A stretch of 23,458 nt of DNA. It comes from Fidelibacterota bacterium. GTDB lineage: Bacteria; Fidelibacterota; Marinisomatia; Marinisomatales; S15-B10. The DNA lies in contig JBHIAI010000014.1 in NCBI GenBank assembly GCA_046861655.1, positions 1 through 23,458 of the forward strand, written 5' to 3'. Each line of letters opens with the position of its first letter. Within the stretch, counting starts at the first letter, position 1. Positions 15,641 to 23,458 of the stretch are shown in pieces. The position numbers were made by a program, and so were the translations under genes. A model generated the notes under the pieces. That model was not told the DNA's origin. It worked only from the letters and a program-made list of their open reading frames with translations, and searched no databases.

Positions 15641-18600
15641 TCAACGGCCCGACGTAGTCCTGTTACCGTACCCCCCTCCGCCCGGAGTCTTGATGATGAT
15701 TTTCTCGCCCTTTTTCACCATAATCTCGGCCTTTCCTCCCAGGTCCTTCCGTGACTGGTCCGCCCGGATCAGGATGTTTCTGCCTTTGGCACCCGGTTTG
15801 CCACCCGCCAGACCGTAGGGAGGAAGCCGTCGCCTTTCCGAGAGGATCGATACCTTCCGGGGCTTGAGGAAGACGATCTCCCGGATGGTTCCGTCGCCTC
15901 CCCTGAACATTCCCGTTCCCCCCCGATCCTCTACGGATGGCAAACTGTTCTATGCGAACTTCGGGATAGCGGTACTCCAGTACTTCCGGATCGGTGATCC
16001 TGGTATTGGTCATGTGGACCTGGACCGCATGGGCTCCCCTGTGAGAACGGGTGGCCCCGGACCCTCCGGCGATGGTTTCGTAGTACTGCTTTCCCTTTCC
16101 ATCAGACCGTCCAAAGAGGAAGTTGTTCATTGTCCCCTGGGAAGCGGCGGCTTCGCCCAGGGCACCCAGCAGTGTATCTACGATGCGCTGGGATGTCTCC
16201 ACGTTCCCCCCCGCCACCGCCGCCCCAGATGAGGGATTCAGCAAACACCCCCGGGGGATATGGACGGTTATGGGAACCAGGCAGCCCGAGTTCAGCGGAA
16301 TGTCCTCATCGATCAGGGACCGGAATACGTACAGGACCGCGGCTTTGGTCACCGCCACGGGTGCATTCAGGTTTCCGTCGATTTGAGGGGCTGTGCCGGA
16401 GAAGTCGACCCTGGCCGCAGCGGTGTGAGGGGGCCGTTCTCCGCTCGTCAGGTTGAGACGAACCACAATTCTCGATCCGTCGTCGAGTGTGTCTTCAAAC
16501 TTCCGTTCGACCTCCCTCTGTCCATTGAGCAACCGGCTCAGAGCCTGTCGCATGGCCTCGGCGGCATTGTCCCGGACATGGCCCATGTAAGCCTGGACCG
16601 TCCCCAGTCCGTATTTATCCACCAGACGGCCCAGCTCCCGAACGCCCGAATTCAGAGATGCGATCTGGGATCTTAGGTCGGAAATACGTTCGTCAATATT
16701 CCTGGCCGGGTGTGGACCGGAAAGGAGAAGATTTCTGATTTGTCTTTCCTTTAGTCTTTTCCCTCTTACCAGAAGGAAGTTGTCGATGATAACCCCCTCT
16801 TCATCCAGGGATGAAGAAAAGGGCGGCATGGACCCCGGGGTGATTCCCCCTATGTCCGCATGATGCCCCCTGGAAGCCACATAGAAAACGGGACCGTTCT
16901 TGGGTCCCTCCCGGAAGAATATGGGGGCGATGACGGTTACATCGGGCAGGTGGGAGCCGCCCCGGTGGGGATTGTTCGTACAATAAACGTCCCCGGGGAG
17001 CATCCTGCCCGTGTTGTCCGTGATCATGGATTTCACCGATTCTCCCATGGCTCCCAGGTGGACGGGAATATGGGGGGCGTTGGCGACTAGATTTCCATCG
17101 GAATCGAAAATGGCGCACGAGAAATCTCGTCGCTCCCGGATGTTGGTGGAATGGGCTGTGTTGGCCAGGGTGTAGCCCATCTGCTCGGCTGCGCTCATGA
17201 ACAGATGGTTGAAGACTTCCAGCATGACAGGATCCCGTTGGGTGCTCACCCGTTCCCGGTCCGTCCCTTCGTGGGTCAGGACCACGTGCATGGTGCGGTT
17301 AACCCTCGCTGTGAATCCGGGCTCCACCACTGTGGTGGAAAAATCTTCCACAATGACGGCCGGGCCGGGAATGCGACAGCCCACGGGGCAATCTTGCCGG
17401 TGGTACACGGGTGTGGAGGTGGGAAGCTGCTGGAAATAGACCCGGGCCGTACCCCGGGGCAATACTCCGGGTGGTTTCTTGTCCCTGGGGATTCGCCTGC
17501 GTGTTTCCCGGAAGAGATGGCCCGTTCCTACCACCTCAGCCCGGATATTCACCACCTCAAGAGGAGCATCCACCGGGTCGAAGCCGAAGTGGTGCCTGTA
17601 TTCTTCTCTAAACTTTCCGGGGAGTCGTGAACGAAGGGATCCATCCGAGGGGTCGGTCACGGGAATGGTCAGGAAGGTATCCGTGTTCATAGGACGAATA
17701 TCCAGGAAGGCGTGGATTTCAATCCTGTCTTCGGGTGTGCCCGCTCGAACCAGGTCCTCTACTGCCGGTCTGGCCAGGGTTTCCATCTGGCGGGGCAGGG
17801 ACCGGATGAATGACTCATCAAGGGGTCTTACCACGGACTTCGTGGCGACCCGCAACCGGTCTGCCCTGGCGATCCCGTAGGCGGAAAGAACGCCTGCGGC
17901 AGGGTGAATGACCACAGATCCCATACCCAGGATTCTGGCCAGGGCGCAGGCGTGCTGAGGGGCCGCACCCCCGAAGGCAACAAGGCCGTGCGTTCGAACG
18001 TCGAATCCCCGGGACACGGAAATCTCTTTGATGGCGCTGGCCACGGTCTCATCGGCGATTTTCACGAATCCCAGGGCCACCTGGACAGGTGTCATGGAGG
18101 TGCCCAGGGTCCCGTTTATCTCAGCCGTCAATTCCCCGAAGCGTCTCTTCACGATATCCCCGTCCAGGGGGCTGTCGCGGGCGGGTCCGAACGACATGGG
18201 CATATACGCAGGGAGGATACGTCCAAGAAAGAGGTTGGCGTCTGTGAGGGCCAGGGGACCTCCCAAACCGTATGAAGCGGGTCCGGGCCGGGCTCCCGCC
18301 GATTCAGGGCCTACCCTGAGCTTCTGCCCATCGAACCAGAGGAGCGACCCGCCCCCTGCAGCCACGGTGTTGAGGCGGAGGCTGGGAGCCTGGAATTCGA
18401 TCCCACCGGTCTTGATCTTAAGGACTTTCTCGAAGGTGCCATCAAACCGGGACACATCGGTAGAGGTGCCTCCCATGTCCACACCGATAGATTCGGCGAG
18501 GTTATTGAGCTTTGCAACCTCCGCAGCCCCGATCACCCCGCCGGCGGGTCCTGAGTGAATAGCATCCTTTCCTGAAAAGGACAGGGCGTGCACAATCCCT

Positions 18601-19340
18601 CCTGAACTCTGCATGAATTCCAGTTCAATGTTCCCCGTGAAATGCTTGACGGAATCTACATACTCCTTGAGAATAGGACTCAAATAGGCATCCACGACGG
18701 TGGTCTGACCTCTGTCCACCATCTTGATCAGGGGCATGATTTCATGGGACACGGAAACCTGTGCAAAGCCCGCTTTCCGGGCGAGCCGGGCGAGTGTTGC
18801 CTCATGTTCAGGGTTCCGCCAGCTGTGCATGAGCACGATTGCCACGGATGAAATGCCCATTCTTCGAATGCTCAGCAGGTCACCCTGAACGGCCTCCTGG
18901 TTAAGGGCCCGGATCACCCTGCCGGTGTGATCCATCCGTTCATCCACTTCTTTCACACAGCGATAGATTGGGTCCGGTTTTTCCACGACCAGCTTGAACA
19001 GATGGGGCCGGTGTTGGTCCCCGATGGCCAGAAGATCTCTGAATCCCCGTGTGATGAACAGGGCCACGGATACCCCTTTGCGTTCCAGGAGGGCGTTGGT
19101 GGCGACGGTGGTTCCCATTCGAATTCCTGCCACCTGGTCTTCCGGAAGGGGGGTCTCCGGGGCCAGATCGAGCATTCGCCTGATCCCTTCGATGGCCGGA
19201 TCGCGATACCGGGGGGATTCAGACAGAAGCTTATCCAAATGCACCCGGCCGGCGGGATCGATTCCCACGACGTCGGTGAAGGTTCCTCCCCGGTCTACGG
19301 AGAAAAACCATTTGTCGGGAGAAAGGGTGAGGACTCTCAT
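15641..19340 (-). pseudogene. Fused hydantoinase A + B / ATP-dependent 5-oxoprolinase-type gene with a +1 frameshift in a G7 tract at 15918-15924; probably an intact gene with a sequence error
   Basis: Motifs [98 protein letters not shown] and HMTNTRITDPE. The conserved tail GGDG..R...SILSERR..PYGL.GG..G..G.N...TPGGGGYG lies in the adjacent frame ending at 15641. Likely start is ATG 19340. Confidence 0.85.
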
Positions 19341-19427
19341 GGGAACCGGGGGGCATTCATTCGAAAATGTACCCATCATTTCCCCCTGTCCGAAGGCGTT
19401 TATTCATGCTAATTTCTCTAGAGCAAG

Positions 19428-21191
19428 ATGAAGGCCGTTAGCATTCTCTTGGGTGTGGGACTGGTTCCCGGTACACTCTGGGCCTCGGACGGAACGGGAG
19501 TCCCTTTTTCGTGGGCTGTGCTTCTGATGACCACGTTTGGGGGACTGGCCCTGTTTCTCTACGGCCTCAGGAAGATGAGTGAAGGGATGAAAAAGGCGGC
19601 GGGCAACCGGATGCGATCCATTCTCACCGCCCTTACCCATAACAGAGTGGTGGCGCTCCTTTTGGGCGCGTTTGTGACCATGGTCATTCAAAGTAGCAGT
19701 GCCACCACGGTCATGCTGGTCAGTTTTGTCCAGGCCGAGCTGATGACGTTCGTTCAAACCCTGGGCATCATTCTCGGTGCCGACATCGGGACGACCATCA
19801 CCGCCCAGCTTATTGCGTTCAGGATTACCGATTACGCCCTGCTGATGATTGCCGTGGGTTTTTCTTTCACCATGTTCGCCCGGAAGGATTCCCATAAGAA
19901 CCTGGGGGAGGCGGTTTTGGGATTTGGCATCCTCTTTTTTGGGATGCATCTCATGTCGGATGCCATGGCTCCCTTGAAAACCTACGGGCCCTTTATCCGC
20001 CTGCTGAGAGGACTGGAAAGCCCCCTTGTCGGTCTTGCGGCGGGGACACTGTTGACCGCCCTTCTCCAGAGCAGCAGCGCCTTCATAGGCATTGTGATCG
20101 TCCTGGCCCAGCAGGGTGTGCTTACCCTGGAGGCGGGGATTCCCCTTATCTTCGGGGCCAACATCGGGACCTGTGTGACGGCAGCACTGGCCAGCATAGG
20201 GGCGAAACGGGAAGCCAAACTCGTGGCCATGGCTCACGTGCTGTTCAAAGTGGGCGGTGTGATACTTTTTGTTCTCTGGATTCCCCAATTCGCCGACCTT
20301 GTTAGATGGCTGTCCCCTTCTTCCGAGGGTTCGACCCTGCACAGGCTGGCTTTAGAAACTCCCCGTCAGATTGCCAACGCACATACCGTATTCAACGTCA
20401 GTCTCGCCGTGATATTCCTCCCTTTCACCCTGGTTTTCGCCCGGTTGGTAAACCGGTTCCTTCCCTACCCGGAAAAGGAGGAAGCCGCTCTACCGGTTAG
20501 CTGGAGACTGGACGAAACCAGCATCTCCACACCGGCCCTTGCCTTGAACCTGGCCCGGTCGGAAATCCTCAGGATGATTCGAACCCTCTCCCGCATGCTC
20601 GAGGGTATCATTCATCCCTTCCTGGGGGACGAACCGAAGCCCGACCCCGAGCGTCCTCAGCTTTCCCTCATCGAGGGAATACAGATGAGGGAGCACGAAA
20701 TTGACTTTCTGGTGGATAAGACATCCGACTATCTTCTCAAGATTACACGGCAGGAGTTATCTGACGAACAGGCCAACGAAGCCTACGCTATGCTTTCCGT
20801 CGCGAAGGATATAGAGAGCATCGGGGATATCATTGACAAGATGATGATCCCGCTCGTCGCCAAGAAAAAGGGGTTGGCCATGGATTTTTCTCCAGCGGGG
20901 AGGGAGGAATTGGAAATCTATCATGTAAAGGTCATGAAACAGATCAGCCGGTTACGGGAAGCCTTTGAGACCCTGGATCCCAGACAGGCGGCCAAGATCA
21001 TGACCAAAGAAGAAAAATACACCGATCTGGAATCTGAATACCGGGTCAAGCATCTGGAGCGTGTGGGCAGGGAGCTGACAGAATCGGTGGCCACTCATGA
21101 AGTCCACATGGAACTCATGGATCTGCTCAAGCAGATTAACGTCTACACTGCACATATTGCCCGTACTCTGGCTCTGTCCCTGGGTACATAG
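19428..21191 (+). CDS. Na+/phosphate cotransporter (NptA/YjbB, SLC34-like) with C-terminal PhoU-like helical domains
   Basis: 587 aa with two inverted-repeat signature motifs, QSSSATT..GADIGTT and QSSSA..GANIGT. Also has GGLALFLYG and RQIANAHTVFN. The soluble helical C-terminus contains DIESIGD. Confidence 0.92.
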   Translation: MKAVSILLGVGLVPGTLWASDGTGVPFSWAVLLMTTFGGLALFLYGLRKMSEGMKKAAGNRMRSILTALTHNRVVALLLGAFVTMVIQSSSATTVMLVSFVQAELMTFVQTLGIILGADIGTTITAQLIAFRITDYALLMIAVGFSFTMFARKDSHKNLGEAVLGFGILFFGMHLMSDAMAPLKTYGPFIRLLRGLESPLVGLAAGTLLTALLQSSSAFIGIVIVLAQQGVLTLEAGIPLIFGANIGTCVTAALASIGAKREAKLVAMAHVLFKVGGVILFVLWIPQFADLVRWLSPSSEGSTLHRLALETPRQIANAHTVFNVSLAVIFLPFTLVFARLVNRFLPYPEKEEAALPVSWRLDETSISTPALALNLARSEILRMIRTLSRMLEGIIHPFLGDEPKPDPERPQLSLIEGIQMREHEIDFLVDKTSDYLLKITRQELSDEQANEAYAMLSVAKDIESIGDIIDKMMIPLVAKKKGLAMDFSPAGREELEIYHVKVMKQISRLREAFETLDPRQAAKIMTKEEKYTDLESEYRVKHLERVGRELTESVATHEVHMELMDLLKQINVYTAHIARTLALSLGT

Positions 21192-21212
21192 GGTCCCAGG
21201 CGTCACCGGTCC

Positions 21213-21926
21213 CTAGGCCAGCTTCTCCGCTTCCCGTTGTTTGGTGTGGCGGACGAACGGGGAATACAGCAGCCGGAACCATCCGAGAAAAAACACTTCC
21301 AACACCAGGAGATACCAGGGCCAGGGGGGCAGCCAGCCAATGGGTTCAAAATCGACCGATGGCACCTCAAACAGATAGAGATAATTCCCACCGGACAACA
21401 GGTCAGCGGGCAAGACCACCAGCATTGCGAACAGATTGAGAAAAAGAAAAGAGCTCCGGAAACTGCCGGGGGAGGGTCTCTTCCCCTGAACGGACACCAG
21501 ATACAGCACGGCGAACAACGGTAGCCCGTGGGAAGACCAGTAGAGAAGGGAGTCCACGGATGGGAAACGGGCGTCCAGATCCGGGAACATGAGGGCCAGG
21601 GACGATCCGCCTACGATCCAGTAGAACAAAACGTCAAACAGTTTCTGTCTCGGCCGGAGAAGGTACAGGACCATCAGGTACTGGGTGACGCGGCAAAGGT
21701 GAAAGGGAAGGTCTTCCGAAAGGGAAAACTCATTCCTGAGGAAGGGGAGTGCCCTGGCACCGGCCTCCCGGACCAGAATCAGAGCCGCCAGCCAGATGTG
21801 AACCTGTCTCTTGTGAGCCTGAGAATTGTGCTTCTTGAGTTGGAGGATGGCGGCGGCGATCAAGGCGATCACAACCGCAACGGCAGTCGCGTGCTCGAGA
21901 CCGAACAGAACGAAGGGACGCTTCAC
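21213..21926 (-). CDS. YwaF / TIGR02206 family integral membrane protein (TMEM164-like)
   Basis: 237 aa with several transmembrane segments. Motifs F.LFG..H, LPFHLC, AL..PDL, YWSSHG, GGNYLYL...P and WPWY. GTG start. Confidence 0.8.
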   Translation of the reverse strand: MKRPFVLFGLEHATAVAVVIALIAAAILQLKKHNSQAHKRQVHIWLAALILVREAGARALPFLRNEFSLSEDLPFHLCRVTQYLMVLYLLRPRQKLFDVLFYWIVGGSSLALMFPDLDARFPSVDSLLYWSSHGLPLFAVLYLVSVQGKRPSPGSFRSSFLFLNLFAMLVVLPADLLSGGNYLYLFEVPSVDFEPIGWLPPWPWYLLVLEVFFLGWFRLLYSPFVRHTKQREAEKLA

Positions 21927-22022
21927 AGGTCAACTCCCGGATGAACCCGAGGTGCACTCCCCAGGGAACGAAGGGCCCGTCAGGGGGTCCCCATCAAAAG
22001 TTATGGGTTCGGCGGAAACGAA

Positions 22023-23458
22023 TCAACGGGAGATATGAGCGGGCTCAAAATCGATCTGGCCGTCCGTCAGCCTCACGGCGATGTCTTCCTGCTCAGGATG
22101 GGCGAGGGAATACCTTGCCAGACCTGACAGCACTTCCCTCCGCAGGAGTCTCATGATGGGACGGGCACCGTGTTGACGGTCGTATCCGTACTTGGCCAGG
22201 TAGTCCTTTACCTGGCGGGAAACCTGGAGGCGAATGTTCTGTTCAGCCAAAGTGTCGATCACCTCTTTCAGTCTCAGGTCAACGATCTTTTTCACCGTTT
22301 CCATATCGAGATCATTGAACGTGATGATGTCATCGATACGATTGATGAATTCCGGTCGGAGGGATGTCACCAGTTCTTGGCGACTCAGGTTTGACGTCAT
22401 GATGATGATGGTGTTCTTGAAATTCACCGTTCGTCCCTTCGTGTCTGTGAGCCGGCCGTCATCCAGGATCTGTAATAGCATGTTCAGGACGTTGGGATGG
22501 GCCTTTTCCAGTTCATCGAAGAGGATCACTGAGTAGGGGCGGCGGCGGATCTTTTCCGTGAGCTGTCCCCCTTCTTCGTACCCCACGTAACCGGGAGGGC
22601 TGCCGATGAACTTGGCCACCGAATGCTCTTCCATGTATTCGCTCATGTCGATTCGAACCAGGGCCTTCTCGTCATCGAACAGGGCCTCCGCCAGGGTCTT
22701 GGCCAGTTCGGTTTTACCCACCCCCGTGCTTCCGGTGAACAGAAACGATCCCAGGGGTCGAGCTTGATCGGTCATGCCGGTCTTGGATATCCGGATGACA
22801 TCGGCCACTCTGGCCAGAGCCTCTTCCTGCCCGAGCACTCGTTCTCTAAGCCTGTCTTCGAGATGGAGGATTCTCTGCTTCTCACTGGCCAGCATCCGTG
22901 TCACGGGAATTCCTGTCCACCTGGAAACAATTTCGGCGATCTCTTCCCTGCCCACTTGCAGCTTGAGGAACCGATTCGCCTGGAGTTCCTTGTTTACCTT
23001 TTCAAGTTCCTGTTCAAGCCTGGGGAGATCTCCGTATCTTATTCTCGCAGCCGTCTGGTAGTCGCCCTCCCTCTGAGCTCTCTCAGCCTGCAGGGTGAGC
23101 TTGTCCATCTGTCCCTTGATCTTTCTGGCCCGGTTTACCCGTTCTTTTTCCTTTTTCCACTGGTCGTTGAGCTCTCCAAGGCGGGAGTTGAACTCATCGA
23201 TTTCCTTTTCGACAGCTTTCAGTCGGTTTCTGGAAGTCTCGTCCTTTTCTCTCTTCAGGGCCTCCCGTTCCACTTCCAGTTGAAGTAGTTTTCGGTTGGC
23301 ATCATCGATGACTGTTGGGGACGAGTTCATTTCCATGCGGAGTTTGGAGGCCGCCTCATCCATCAAGTCCACGGCCTTGTCGGGAAGATAACGGTCGGAG
23401 ATATACCGGTCGGACAGGGTGGCTGCGGCGATCAAAGCCGAATCTTGGATACGGAGTC
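22023..23458 (-). CDS. clpB: ATP-dependent chaperone ClpB, 3' part (the gene begins beyond the window edge)
   Basis: Contains LSDRYISDRYLPDKAVDLMDEA, a long coiled-coil M domain, IAEIVSRWTGIP, Walker A GSTGVGKT, RIDMSEY, pore loop GYVG, Walker B ILFDE, DDGRLTD and GARP. The frame stays open to the end of the window. Confidence 0.93.
   Translation of the reverse strand, partial: LRIQDSALIAAATLSDRYISDRYLPDKAVDLMDEAASKLRMEMNSSPTVIDDANRKLLQLEVEREALKREKDETSRNRLKAVEKEIDEFNSRLGELNDQWKKEKERVNRARKIKGQMDKLTLQAERAQREGDYQTAARIRYGDLPRLEQELEKVNKELQANRFLKLQVGREEIAEIVSRWTGIPVTRMLASEKQRILHLEDRLRERVLGQEEALARVADVIRISKTGMTDQARPLGSFLFTGSTGVGKTELAKTLAEALFDDEKALVRIDMSEYMEEHSVAKFIGSPPGYVGYEEGGQLTEKIRRRPYSVILFDELEKAHPNVLNMLLQILDDGRLTDTKGRTVNFKNTIIIMTSNLSRQELVTSLRPEFINRIDDIITFNDLDMETVKKIVDLRLKEVIDTLAEQNIRLQVSRQVKDYLAKYGYDRQHGARPIMRLLRREVLSGLARYSLAHPEQEDIAVRLTDGQIDFEPAHISR

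Noticed and set aside
15663..15915. C-terminal ~85 aa of the 1238-aa ORF as real protein sequence
   Set aside because: This is out-of-frame read-through after the G7 run. The conserved family motifs are in the other frame.
15641..15943. 100-aa ORF as an independent gene
   Set aside because: It is the frameshifted C-terminus of the oxoprolinase/hydantoinase gene.
21179..21200. Terminator between the convergent transporter and YwaF genes (CCTGGG...CCCAGG)
   Set aside because: It has only a 6-bp stem overlapping the stop codon and no U-tract on either strand.
1..23458. Mobile element, prophage, defence system, tRNA or rRNA
   Set aside because: No integrase, transposase, nuclease, phage or structural-RNA signature was recognised, and the coding space is accounted for by the listed genes.

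Overview
A GC-rich bacterial chromosomal segment, almost all on the minus strand, carrying metabolic and housekeeping genes. No mobile element, CRISPR array or RNA gene was recognised. In transcription order (right to left): the 3' part of clpB; a YwaF/TMEM164-like membrane protein; a Na+/Pi cotransporter (the only plus-strand gene); a fused hydantoinase A+B / 5-oxoprolinase gene broken by a +1 frameshift in a G7 run; a translationally coupled trio of a LOG-family protein and two exported amidohydrolase-fold proteins; a fatty-acid beta-oxidation cluster (TetR regulator with a palindromic operator, acyl-CoA dehydrogenase, a thiolase broken by an apparent 8-nt deletion, FadN-type dehydrogenase/hydratase); a GAF-fold free methionine-R-sulfoxide reductase; and an 1111-aa secreted repeat protein with a FlgD-Ig/T9SS-type C-terminal domain. 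That domain suggests an FCB-group host such as Marinisomatota, KSB1 or Calditrichota (inference). The spacers hold a 9-copy heptamer array, two palindromes sharing a CCCGCC..GGCGGG core and two plausible sigma70 promoters. The best candidate for an uncharacterised system is the exported amidohydrolase pair, in which only one of three domains keeps the metal-binding motif. Nothing here can be shown to be novel without database searches.
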